Source of the DNA: Phoronis australis
Lineage: Eukaryota > Animalia > Phoronida
Direction: 5' to 3'
NCBI GenBank assembly: GCA_002633005.1
Contig: NMRA01000736.1
Location: 102,246 to 166,245, forward strand
Length of the DNA stretch: 64,000 nt
Shown: positions 38,365 to 50,979 of the stretch, piece by piece
Position numbering within the stretch: the first letter of the stretch is position 1
Layout of the letters: each line of letters opens with the position of its first letter
Notes under the pieces: model-generated
What the model was told of the DNA's origin: nothing
Seen by the model: the letters and a program-made list of their open reading frames with translations, nothing else
Databases searched by the model: none
Program-made: the position numbers and the translations under genes

Positions 38365-38755
38365 AAGTGCTGTTTACACTACAAAAGTTGACACTGATCA
38401 GCTGACACGGAACGAGATGTGCCAGTGTGTAAACGGTACTGACACGGAGCAAATTGACACCGCTCAATTTATGCTCGAACATCTTGTTCCGTGTCAATTA
38501 TATGTCTAAACGCGAAACTGGGGCAAGGCGGAAAGGATCATCTCTACTGCGCTTGCGCAATGACATACATACGGGTTCTTTGTCTCTGCAACTCCAGCTA
38601 TTTGAAAATTTGCCCGTGTGCATTCCACTCTCCAACGTACAATTTCCGTCTTGCCACAGTTACTGAAATTGCGTGTGTAAACGGCCACTTGCCACCGATC
38701 AAGTTGCTCCGTGTCAGTTGTGCTGGATCAAAAGTTGATGTCTAAACGGAACTTT
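38365..38755. mobile_element. Nested PIF/Harbinger-like MITE
   Basis: aagtgctgtttacac ... gtctaaacggaactt termini with TAA/TAG flanks. Internal tgtgtaaacgg and tgacacgga/tccgtgtca inverted motifs. Confidence 0.65.
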
Positions 38756-41700
38756 AGAAACGTTCAGCCATTTGGCTAACGAACGAAGCATAAATAAGTT
38801 GAGTTTGTATTCGCGACTTCGGCTTCATCTACTCTGGGCCTTCGCGGCAATTCACGGGAGTGCAGAGTATAACCGTGGTTACCCACATAGTCGCAGCAAG
38901 TAGCAGTCGAGAACAGAAAGGCACAGCGAAATATGTAGAAGAGAGAATTTTTTCTGCGAAAACATATACCAACGACCATGCGGTGTTACATTTATCCTTT
39001 GGACAGTGGCCAATATATCTGTGTTTGGGTTATAGGCAATTTTAGCAGTTTAGATCACCGAAATGCCCTTGGAAACATGCTCTTGGTCACACATACAAAG
39101 CAAAAGTACGAAAAAAAAAACCCAATCGTACGTATTTCATGTTTGCAAGTTGAAGAAGGAGCTGCACTTGGTTCTCCGTGGACGTCTTCCTGAACTGGAA
39201 AATGGAACGATCCATCGCTCTCTTTCACTGTTTTATGAGAATCTGTATATCACTTGACATTGAACTGAGAACCTAATGCATCTGTAGCCACTCTTCCGTG
39301 TTTTCCTATCTGTATCCTTTCAACTTAAGGGGCTGCTCACAGAGGAGTGTCTCAGCGCTGTAATCAGTTGCCTCTATAAGTGTTTCCCTGTTTTCGTGAA
39401 ACTGTACAGGTACTGAACATTTTATGGAAGTTGACCAGACGATGTGTACATGTAACCCTTATTCAGTTTTCAATGATACAACCTTTCAAAGTCTCAAGGG
39501 TCTCCCATTCCTGCTAATTCCTCTCTTGGAGGGCGGCCCTTCGAAATGGTCCCTTTGCCCTCCTATAAATTCGACACTGTCAACAAATAATGTTACGTAA
39601 GACACTAGAAAATGTCCAATTTGGCTTAATTTGGAACATGATATGCCTGATGCGATTCATATTAAACTTATTATGGAATTTAAAACCTTCATTTTTGCAT
39701 GAGAGGCCCCACGGTCGCCTATTGTGCCAAGTCGCCGTGCCGCCATGAGATTCTCGAAAAATAACTCGATTCAAGTCGACCTTTTTGTTCTCATTAAATA
39801 GTCCAGCGCGTCTTGATTTAGTCCAACTCTTTATAGTTCACCAATACTGTGTGCAGGTGTTTGTGTTTGTTTTTAGAAAGTGGGAATTGCAAGTACAGTG
39901 AATGCAGAAAGTTAGACAAAATGGGAAACGAAATTATGTCCGGCTACAAACAACTTCAACACATCACCTTGAAGCAAATCCTTCGATGCGGAAAGGTTTT
40001 CAGCGTACAATGTACATATACAATGTACATGTAGACCGTTTGGAAGTGACCGTTGCAGGTTAGTGTACATGTGTTTTTCTTGAGTATTTCTCAAGTAGCT
40101 ATTGTCTGGCAAAGATTTGGAGCCATATTGGTGGCTTTCTTACGTGCAAGCTGACAATGCCATCATCAGCAGAATGATCCCACTTGGCGCTCCGCGTGAC
40201 GATTAGAACTTGGTGAGAGACCTGTTGGCCATTGTGGGAAACTTCATGGTGCTGAGTGAATGGTCACAGTCTCAAACTAGTAGCTCTATCTATCGCCAGG
40301 TCACGAAACCAATCTACTTCAGTAGTATTGCAGTGGGCGAATCCAATGACGAGCCTGCAAGGTCCAGGTTAGTTGAATGCATTCTTACGCAGCAACAATT
40401 GTGCAGTTCTTTGCGTTTCTAATCTCAGATAGGTAGGTCTACAAGTTGAGATTAATTACATGGCGTACATGTATGTTGTCTTAGTATTGAGATTTTTCAT
40501 TAATTGCCGCATGGCAGTAGCTCAAGTAGAGATTTTTTCAGTCCGTCTCCATTTTCCTCCTGATACTGCTTAATGAAAATAATTTTGTAATATGCACAAT
40601 GTCGTTTTGTAGCAGAGAGTCTGGATCCTCAATTCTTTTTAAGAGACATTGGAACGCGAAAGGTCGTCAAAAATATATTTTAAACAATGCCTGACGAAAG
40701 CACCCTCTCGCAACGTCCAGTACACAGTAATCGATATTCACATGTAAGGAAATTTTCAGAGAAAATAAAAAATACGATTTTGAAATACGTGCGACGGAAA
40801 AACTCTGTGGTTACCAGAGTTTCTAATCTCCCTCCCATTTATGATAAATGCGCGCATGGTGTTGTTGCTGTTCTAAAAAGGTTTCAAAAAATCTATTTCA
40901 AAATAGATTTAAAAGTGTTAACGACTATTCTCCTTGCATGCCCTTAGCGATTACTAACTTACAGAAAGATTTGAAGGGTTGTAGACATATTTGTTCAGTC
41001 TTTAACGACGTTAAGAAAACCAGTCAGAGTAAATGAGAAATAGAGTAAGGAGATAGTTTAGATTGAAATCCCCAAGGATCCCAACATTAGATGGTTCCTA
41101 TTTAGAATACTACACAGGATTATTTCAACAATTAGTTTTTAGTCAAAATCCTTGTCTGGGATTCTTATTTATATTCCTTTATGTAATAAAGCTCCAGAAA
41201 CGCTGTTACACTTTTTTGGGAATGTCGTCTTGTAAAAGATGTTTGGAAGGAATTCAGAAAACTACTTCAATGGTGTCTCATTCAGCTTCCCAAGTGTCTA
41301 CCTTAGGAACGTGTCATTCTTGAATAATGGGCTTTATGAGACATATGATTTTCTATTTAACATTTTGCTTTTATTAGCCAAATAGTATATTCACAAGGAG
41401 AGATGTCACAAAAATATACCTAATTTTCATAAGTTTATAACATATAATCATGAGTACTGTAATGCTGAAAAATTAATTGCATATAAATTTTTGTATATGA
41501 CAGCTTCTCCACGAAATGGGAAAATGTTATTGTTGGCGTTAACTCCATGTAGAAGTTACTTACTTTATACGAGATACGAGAATGGTCTTTCCTGAGGTGA
41601 GCATGCGCGAATGAATGGGTGTACTTATTTGTTAGTTTGTTTGCATTTGTACTTGTTTATCGATGATAATAAATAATAAAATAAACAAAAAATAGATTTC

Positions 41701-42109
41701 GACTGTTATACCAATCTGTCGTTGATTGGATCACGCGACTATGTCTTTTTAAATTTAGCAAAAAGGAGGATTCATTGATAGAAAAACAATGGTTTCAACT
41801 GCATGGCCAACTTTTAATTAATAAGAATGTCCAAGGTGAAATATCAAAAACGCTGCTACCGTTTAAATCATCAATTTTGTTTCCCTTTTATGCAGTTTTT
41901 GAATGTTTTCATGAAAATCGTAAAAGTTCTTTTTGATATCCCTTCTTGCTAAAGTGGAGCATTTTACAGACAACGCCTTGCGGTGTTTTAGGGAACAATG
42001 TATCAAGTATATTATCTTAAAGTTTTATTGGGATTCGAGATATTAAGTTCGGAAGTTAACCAAATGCGGACATGTTTAGTGTCCGATTTGACCTTGGGTT
42101 CGTTGTATT

Positions 42110-42305
42110 CAAGTCAGTCGGTGAAACAAAACCTTGCGATTGCTGTTTAATCAATTAAGCAACTGTCCGATAGTGAACACAGACCATAGAACGCATATTT
42201 AATACAGTATATTTAAGTCAGTCGGTGAAATAAATCTTTGTGATTGCAGTTTAATCCATTAAGAAACTGTACGACCGTGAACACAGGCAATAGAACGCAC
42301 AGATT
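42110..42305 (+). repeat. Tandem duplication, ~103-bp unit
   Basis: aagtcagtcggtgaaa...tagaacgca occurs twice in tandem. Confidence 0.85.
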
Positions 42306-43026
42306 CAACATCGATGTATTGATTCCTGCTTTTCAACACAAGTCTTTTCATTGTTGAGGAGCTACATGTACCTAAATTGATAAAAGAGAGCGCGCTGTGA
42401 TACAATAACTAATTGTGCTATCAAGTCTTCTAAGAAGATGTCGTTCTTTGAACAAACGAGTCGTGGAAGATCAAGAAGCAATATATTGATTTCAAATGTA
42501 GGCGTTTTATTGTTGTCTACGTCTGAGATCGGGGCAGTGTATTTATAGATGAATATCCGATAAAAGGGTTTTATTTTGCCCCCTCCAACGCAGCGAAGAT
42601 AAATTTACGATTAACTCTAGTTCACAGCAATGCATCTTAAAAAATACGGTCTACCATGTAGGAAAAATGTGCCAGGAATTCAAATACGTACAAATAGTTG
42701 TTGGTTTCGTGTCAGCTAAAGAAGAACGGTTTATAAATATTTCACCTTAGATCAATATAACCTGTGTTTTTAATAATTCTAACAAAGAGACCCTCGTCAA
42801 CGTTTGACTCCGTTGCCTAGGAAGGCTTTTAACCTTCTTATGCCACAGTCAATTAATAACACGCATTCAACCGACAAAACCAATGTTATCCAATGCGCAA
42901 GATCCACCCAAAAATAGGACTCTAGTCCAGTTTAAGAAGCGAAAGTCTCAAATCCAACTCTGCTGTGTTTACTATCAGGCATGTGGCAGCAGATTTAGGA
43001 AGTTCTAACAGATGTCTAACCAATAA

Positions 43027-43171
43027 CAGTGGCGGATTTAAAGGGAGGAACCATAGCCCCCTAAAATTATCCCATATTCCATTTGGCACTTCGGGGGTAC
43101 GAATGTCTAACGGGCAAAATCCTGGCTAATACTGTGCCCTGCCCCCCNTCAAAATTCTGGATTCGCCCCTG
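43027..43171 (+). mobile_element. ~150-bp MITE, hAT-like CAG termini
   Basis: cagtggcggatttaaaggg ... ctggattcgcccctg with the shared core ccctaaaattatcccatattccatttggc. Confidence 0.8.
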
Positions 43172-44167
43172 ACTAACACTAACGCTACACCTAATTCTAA
43201 ATACGGTACTTTTTGCACCCTTCTGATAATTGAGCTCTTTGTACTAAATGAAAATCATGTTCTGTAATACCAGGCAGCTCTGTAATGCAGCACAAGCAAT
43301 GTTTCACCGAATGGTCACGCACTGAGGGAGGGGGGTTCATTTTAGTGATCAATGAACAATTAAAGGTAATGTAGGACCTTATCGACAAAACTATACATGC
43401 ACATTCAGCCAAAAATCTACAAAATTATAGAATTTTACTCGGGAAAAGTACATGTTTTACATGTTTTATTAAAGTAGAGATTATGTAAATGTAAAATTTG
43501 AATTTTGACTTTATACCAATTTGCCACTAAGTCAGGTGACCTTGCTTTTTAATAAAATTTGACAAAAAACAAGGCTTCGTCCATAGCAATACAAGAAGAC
43601 TATTAACACAGCAAAATTCTGTATGATATTCACGTAAATGTTAAAGATAAATCTAAAACTCTGTTACGGTTTTCTTTTCTAAGTTCTCATTTCGTTTTCG
43701 TTTTACGCAACTTTAAAAAACATTTATTAATAAGCAACATTTTAGATAGCCCTTTATACAAAAGTAGAATATTTTAAAACAATCGCTAGTTGCTTTTGGA
43801 ATCAATGTATCAAGCCGTTTCTGGACGTTTTACGTGAATCCGATCAGCCATTGCTAAGATGTTCTGAAGTGGGACAAAATTGGATCATAATTTTCTAAGC
43901 TCCTGCATAACCATAAGCCCCACAGGACGAGTGAAATGAAAGCTAATTCTATCAAAAGGTACACTTTCAACGGTAATAAATCAGTTGTACCAATTTGAAA
44001 ATTTGAATTATAATACTGTGAACCAACTGAGCTGTTCTAACTATAAACCCATATATAACTAAGTCAATTACCCCCAACGTATTCGTACAATTTGTTGGCG
44101 AGTTATGATTTGCACGTATTTGGAAGAACATAAACATACAAATAATCCCCGGTACAATCTTTTGTTT

Positions 44168-44507
44168 TCAGTTGTATCTGGATTCGTTCCACCACTTTCC
44201 TTTAGCGCAAATGTTAGCACCCTTCCACCAGGCGTACGAGTTGTCTAAACTCTCGACATGCTTTTCTGCGTCTGCCGCATGGGCCATTGCACAGACCCGG
44301 CACAGAAACTTCGTATTTATGAATTCTCCCGTCCCCTTCCATTCGAAGTACGAGTTGTACTCGTCGTCATTTTTGTCCAGATAATTCAGGTAGCCTGCCA
44401 GCTCTTCTACAGTGTTGAAGTCTTCAACATGAATGACCGAGTGGTAAGGTGCAGCTTGCTTGTAATCGGAAGGACGGGCTCCCATGACAACGGGAATGAC
44501 GTCATTT
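44168..44507 (-). CDS. FucTA: Alpha-1,3-fucosyltransferase (GT10), FucTA-like, coding exon 2
   Basis: Acceptor ttattccttacAG at 44509-44508. The phase-2 join gives ...YWNAFL-NDVIPVVMGARP...HVEDF...ELAGYL..LDKND..Y..YFEW...CRVC...stop. The spliced CDS is 1404 nt = 467 aa. The intron spans 44508-46564. Confidence 0.92.
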
Positions 44508-44637
44508 CTGTAAGGAATAACATTGTGCTTCAGTTGCATTTACAAGGTAAACACGAACAATTTTGACGAATGTAAGTTCTGAGTACTGTACAAATTGATC
44601 AAAATAGAAAGTCAAAAGCTTGAACAATTATTCTTTT

Positions 44638-44655
44638 GAGAGAGAGAGAGAGAGA
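44638..44655. repeat. (GA)n microsatellite in the FucTA intron
   Basis: gagagagagagagagaga. Confidence 0.9.
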
Positions 44656-45356
44656 TACCTTGCTTCCAGTGCTGGGCCTTGCCCGGCTAATTACAGAAAC
44701 ATTTGTCTACAAGAGAAAGTAACCGAATTTTAAGGGTAGGCGTTGTGTTCCTTCCATACGCGAAAGCAAATGAAAGCCAGTTCCATGTTGGAATTCTGAG
44801 TTCTTTAAACATGAGTGAAGGGTGGAGTGTTAGTCGAGTGATTGTTCTCACAAGTAAAATTTCTCGGTTTAAGAAGGCAGTATTCCCCAAACATGTGCCG
44901 CGGGTAACGATATATATTTTTGTACTCCTATGGCTTCCATTAATTGCTCTGCTCGTGGTCAATTCTAATTGCAGTCCCACGCCATCTCTGGGCAACTTAA
45001 AATTCACTAGGTGGCACATGCGCGCGAAAACGATCCTTGAAATGATTGCATTTAGATAGTCATGTGGAACCTTGAGTCCAATGACGCACCCTTGCTGTTG
45101 ATCTGCTTTATGTTCTCAATCTATTCAGGTAAAAAGAGGACCGTTCAGTCATTATTTCCACGTGGTGAATACAAAGTTCCCATTCTATCCTGATGGTTAC
45201 CAATGAACTTTTTAAGTCGCACCTCCCCGTTCGGTGGCCACTAAGTTCATTGCAGGCCGCTCGTTTGTTCACATTCAAGTGATGAAACCACCTTTGATGA
45301 ATCAGATTCATTTAACTGGATACATAATAATTGGAGTAAAGTTCTTAGTACACATT

Positions 45357-45718
45357 CAACGATTTACGTACTAGTAAATGTTCGGCCTTCACTCTGAGGC
45401 CTTTCTCAACCTAATGATTACTTGAGAGGCTGGGACTTGTGACGTGATACAGGAGCCTTGCTTTTTAATGTCACAAGCTTTCTTCATTAATAAACAAGGC
45501 TCCTCCATGAATAAAGACATTAGAAAATGCGTTCAATCAAACATATGCATGTACATATACAACCCAGTGATAAGCTTGAAGCAGACTAACGTCCAGAGAC
45601 GTCCGTCATACGTCCCCACGCAGGATGACGTCACATTTCCCAGGTGCTCGCATCATCATTAGTTTGAGAAAGGCCTCAGAGTGAAGGCCGAACGTTTACT
45701 AGGTACGTAAATCGTTGA
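45357..45718 (+). mobile_element. Penelope-like remnant with inverted pLTR segments inside the FucTA intron
   Basis: Near-perfect ~62-bp inverted repeat (45357-45418 / 45655-45718). The enclosed QAFFINKQGSSMNKDI...IYNPVI resembles the PLE GIY-YIG C-terminus (EA..I.....MNRD.G). Confidence 0.7.
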
Positions 45719-46564
45719 GTTTGTTTTGTCATGTTGATTTCAAATCTCTCGGAAATAAGACACAAAACACGTTCAAATCCTAGTTCAAGGGTACGAAAAA
45801 CGTCAGTTTCATATTCAATGACGGAAAAAGTTCTTTCTATAGTCGGGTTACGAAAAAATATTCACTAAAAGAATTTCTTTAATAGCACCAAATTGTCCAA
45901 TTTATAGCTTTTTAAGACTAAATTTGGCGTGTACTTTTTCGGAAAAGGTGTCATCTTTGGGACAGTGAAATTTACCAGACCTTTTCGAAATCGCCGGGGC
46001 ACGAAACACTTATAACTCAGCATACATTGGACGTCCCACATGCTTCTTTGCCACAAAAGTGACAATCCACCCTAGATTTCCTTATTTTGTGCAGGCACAA
46101 CACGTCACCGGGCATACTGTATGGGTACCCAGTGCGTCCTGAGTGTGGGACTGACGTCGCACCCCTAACCCCCTGCTAAAGTCTCCCCCAGCTTCCCACA
46201 GGCATAAGAAGCAACCCACTGGATCGCACCATCACCTGCCTGAAACATACATGTACAGTGCATGGCAACAAATAGGCAGGCCTGTCCATTTTCTTAAAAG
46301 AGATGGGCAGACTTGAAAACTGTTCTTTCATGAAGAACATGTTGATGGATAACAGGGCCCTTGTGCGTTTAAGCTCAGTTATTTTGTGCAACGGACCCAG
46401 CCATGAGACCTGTGCACGTCTGATGAACCGTAAAAGACATCAGACTACATGTACCTGCACTCGTTTTACCTTTGATTTTGCCATGTTAATAATCATGATC
46501 TCTAACGGTATCTTTAAGCTACACATGGACAGATGAAATAACAAATATTTCGACAAGCACTTAC

Positions 46565-47628
46565 AGGAAGGCGTTCCAGTACAACTTCTCCGTGATGTAG
46601 TCTTTACAGTTAGAATTTTCAAATGCGAGGTAAAACTTGTAGTCCCTCGTCAGCATTTTGAAGCAGGTTTCTTCTTTTGTGTGTTTAGTGCATGATAGGT
46701 TTCCGCAGTGTCCATATATATCCACAGAAATGTGTTGCTGTAACTGTTTCGCGAATTCCAGTCTGTTGTTTTTCGCTGCACAATTTGATACGAACCATGC
46801 AACCTTCTTCGTTTTATGTTGAGCATAATTCCTTTCTTGAGGTTTACTTGTGATCGTGTTGTGGTAAAGAACGAATTTTTCGTAAGGCGCAACAATAGTT
46901 GAGTCTCGTCTATAAGTTGCAGTCCAGTTATAGTCATGTGGTCGGGAACGCATAAAAGAATGATGCGGAGACTCCAATTGGAATAAAATTTTAATTTGAT
47001 CACGATTTCGGACTGAACGCGATGCAACACCGCGATCTAGGACAACGTCTGCTGTCCTCCGCTGAGTAATATCCCCAGTCAGAGAACACTTACTAACTGA
47101 GCATTTGTCCCTGATAAAATATTCCTGTCCTGTCGGCTTATCTTGAAGAAAATGAGAAGGAACAAGGATTGTTTTTACTTTTGCCTTGGACAAATAGTCA
47201 CTAGGAGGCTTATATCGCAGTTGGGCCATTATTCTGTCATCCCAGGGATATTTGTCGTCGTACCATATACGACCAGGATCGTTGCCTGCTAAGTCTTCGA
47301 CTACGTCTCTTGCGCGTGCATCGTCCGTTGCGTGGTGAATACTTCTCCCAGACGCATCATTGGAGACTCGGGCACCATGTGTTCCAGTTTGCTTCGGGGT
47401 AGCAACATGCTGCGCTATCTTTGTTGTGAGCAAGACCTCGTTTGGGAGATGCCTTTTGTCTGAATTGAAATTCGGCTGTTCTACATCGCGGGCGTTATAA
47501 TCATCAAATTGTACCTCGAGTGTGTCTGGATGTACACTTGTGAGGCCCCTGAATACAAAAACAAAGTATGTTGCTACCAAGAATACGAGGCATCTTTTGG
47601 AAAAGCGAAGGCATCGGCGAAGGGGCAT
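46565..47628 (-). CDS. FucTA: Alpha-1,3-fucosyltransferase (GT10), FucTA-like, coding exon 1
   Basis: ATG at 47628 follows an acceptor (tcccgtttcAG, 47652-47651). Type II TM segment CLVFLVATYFVFVF. GT10 motifs QLESP, NWTATYRRDSTIVAPY, WFVSNC and YKFYLAFENSNCKDYITEKLYWNA. The exon ends at donor CT|GTAAGT. Confidence 0.92.
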
Positions 47629-49062
47629 ATCGTAGAACACATTAGGAAACCTGAAACGGGACAATAAGCAAAGTGGTGATACTTGTAATCATGTTTTCCG
47701 ACCTTTGAAGGCACAGGTATGCCCTTCATTCGCCAATCTGGTAGCATCTTTTGAGAATTCAAATTTTAACCACAGCAGTATTAATTACCAGTAAGTAGTA
47801 ACTGGCGCTTTAACCGTCACAGTTTGGCGTTGCAATACAATGTATATGCGAACACACAAGCTAGACTAACAATTCAAATAACCGTTCGCGACAGACAAAC
47901 TGAACAGAAACAATTCACTGTTGATGTTTTGATCACATGGAACGTTTAGGCGTGAATATAATAATGGTGTTTGGACGTGTCAATACGCACCTCTGAGTGA
48001 GCTAGTTGACTTTAAAGCTCTTCAAGCACGACTGTTGTCACTTAACTCGAGAATTACAGGTTGTCTCTTGGAGCGTGAACGGATATATTTATTATTTATT
48101 ATAGTGACGTGGATGCATTGCAGAATACAATGCAAAAACAAATGAAATTTTCACGCAACACATCCCCAGCCTGTTGGCTTTATAAGTCACCTGAATACCA
48201 ATTAACACCAGAACGCGTAAACATAATATACAGTAGGCAGCTCCTGTGTCCATGTAGTGTTCTAACCAAGAACCTCACACGAACTTCCAGTTAATTTAAG
48301 TCTAGAAGGGAACGTTCACTTTGAAACTCCGTTTTTAAACTATTATATCAGGTACAAACGAAAATAAAACGCAATTCGTCTTCAATTAAATTTTGGTTAC
48401 TTACTTTGCATAATCTTTCATTTAATGGAGTTCCCGAAAGCTTTACTAATTCCACCTCTTATGTCAAAATTCCTGACCACAACTGTGCTAACACAGGTCT
48501 CAATGTAGGGGAAAGAAATAAATAGTTTTCAGCACCGTCACTCCACACCATGTCCACTGTTTCAAAACATGCATTACAAAATATCAAAGAGCAATCACAT
48601 GTTTTGAAGAAAATGCATGGAACATTTGAATCTCTGAAAATATATCTTTGATAGATGAGCTCCAGTTATGTTTACATATATTATTAATAATCAACGTTTT
48701 TCAGTTCTATATTCATTCATCACAATCAAACGATTCCATAAATGGATCATGTTAGCGTGCTGTTATTTTTTTCTTTTTTTTTACCGAGAAGGGCGTCTAC
48801 CGCTCTGTCTGCGGATTCAGCCAGCACCTGAGCCGTTGTCTTTATTTAAATTCTCATTGAAAGGTAACCCTAAATACTTATATCTAAATCCAAAATTAGA
48901 AACCTATTTACTCCTTAAGTGGCATTTTCTTCTGAAGTGTACAACTTTTGCCTTTTTTAAAGTTAATGCAGTCTTCACTTCCTGAAAAACTAAATCATCT
49001 TCATAAATTATGCAATACAAGTTATTGCCTTCAATACCTATACCATTTTCACATAGGCTTAA

Positions 49063-50979
49063 GGTAGGTGGATACACAAAAAAATAATTTTGACTGTTTT
49101 TTACATTTTTATGTCATCCTAATCTTTAATTCTTGATGCACAGTATACTGAAGAAAAATAAAATCATTCTGAAAATCCAAAGTTGTTTTTTTATTTGACC
49201 AAACCTCACTAAGTCGTATGACTTGAGTGCTCACCAGCTCAGTGATTGACAACTGGGGCGGAGCTTATATACAAGGACACTAGCTCTAATCTAACCCTGT
49301 CAACAAGCATTGCGTAACCGGGCAATCGAGAGTGCTGTACCAGCTGATATTGGCGTTGTAGCAAGACCAAGAATAAAATAATTCTATTTTGACCATGTCG
49401 ACGTTGGTAGTGAAATGGTGAACTAGCTCCTGTTCCGAGCCTGAGCCTGTTTGTGTATCTGCAAAGTACGCCAAGTCCTACCGAAGCCATCACTGCACTC
49501 AGCTTGAGGAGTCAGTGCAGAAATTGTGCATGTATAAGAGAAGTCGGTAATATAAGGTCAGGTGTCTTGCGAGAGGACGCTGAGTGTCGACGTGGGTGGT
49601 GTTGCACGATTCGGTGAGAGTGCATGCACGCGCTGTGAAGACAAGCCGCGCGCGCGACATATTAACAACTACATGCCGTCAGAGTAGAGTCTTCGCAGAT
49701 AAACCGTGCTTCTGAGCTGGGAACGCGCCGTGGAGAAACTAGGCTGTCAAACCAAGAGGATTTTTTAACTTGCCACTGGCCGTAACCCAAAGAAATGACC
49801 CAGTGTTCAAAATAACAAAAATTTTCTAGTGCATAGATTCAAACGTAACCCTGAATTAAAACTCATGATATTATACGATTCTAGAGGAAAGCAATATAAG
49901 AAACTTTAGTAACTTGAGAATCTCACCCAAGCGAACCTATTTGCGCAGAAAGTGATATTTTCTTACCCCAAAGTCCATTCGGTACAGGCACGTAAAAATG
50001 TTGAACCATTACTATGAAAGTAGTTCTTTATCCTCGTCGCCAATAGACAGTAACGCGGCGATTTGATATAACACATATATTGGTTGATGATAATATTGGA
50101 ATACTAACAAATAGGTCTGTGTCATATAGAGTGTCTTTTACTATACTGAGTGGAGAGTTCAGATGAATCGTATAAACAATCAACACATGGTTTTAATGTG
50201 TGGTCGGCACACCAGTACAGCAGACAATAGATCAACGCTAAGCTCCACCCACGTGACAGCCATACTTGTTTTGGTCGTCTGTCGTGCTTCACAATTTCGA
50301 AAAAATGATTAAAATTACGCTGTAAACAAACAGGTATGTCACATTTTCTAAACATGAAGTAAGTATCAGCATTATTTCTAGTACTTCAACAAAAATTGGA
50401 ACATAATGACCACGCATTCTGAACGAAATTTGATCTCAAATCGATGGACCGCTTAACTTCAAAGCCGTTTTTCTCGGCTCGTGATTTCAGGATAGTGACA
50501 AGATTCTCGGGCCTATTTTTCCACAACACGTGAGTCAATTTTTACGAAAGTTGCAAATTTGAAATCCTCTAGGACTGAAATAAAATCGCGTGCCAGGGTT
50601 TTTTGATAAATGGACCAGATTTTTAGTTATTAGACGGAAAGTGACCAAATGACAAAAAGTGGCGTGCTTGCCCCAACTCGCACACAAAAAATGCCACAAA
50701 ATCAAGATCATAATGATTTTGTACATATATTTGGTATGGATAAGTAGAATATTGCGTAAGGAAACAGTTGATGATGATCCCTGTGCATTTTGAAAAAAAA
50801 ATCGAGGTAAAATTGGATTTTTTGAAAATTAAAAAATACGATTTTTTAAAAAACGAACTACAAAAGAAACGTTTTTTTTTAATTTTTGTCACTTTCAGAG
50901 TCAGGTCTAACTAGTTAAAACCCCCTTTTTACTCATTTTAGTTAGGAACCTGGAGATTTGATCAGTGTATACACCTACC
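49063..50979. mobile_element. Kolobok-like non-autonomous DNA transposon
   Basis: TTAA on both sides (49059-49062, 50980-50983). TIRs ggtaggtggatacac / gtgtatacacctacc match at 14/15 and have GG termini. Confidence 0.8.

Larger units (their letters stand above)
37631..38780. mobile_element. Outer MITE with TIRs (ttgccaaatgggtgaacgtt / aacgttcagccatttggctaa) hosting two nested MITEs
   Basis: The TIR pair is visible. The internal segment 38209-38360 is palindromic and homologous to 1386-1540. Confidence 0.7.

Noticed and set aside
44508-44539. ORF-track start MQLKHNVIPYR for a separate 123-aa protein
   Set aside because: This stretch is intronic. The ORF is exon 2 of the fucosyltransferase.
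47629-47664. ORF-track start MSRFRF for the fucosyltransferase
   Set aside because: It begins at TTG and spans a likely splice acceptor. The ATG at 47628 precedes the TM anchor.
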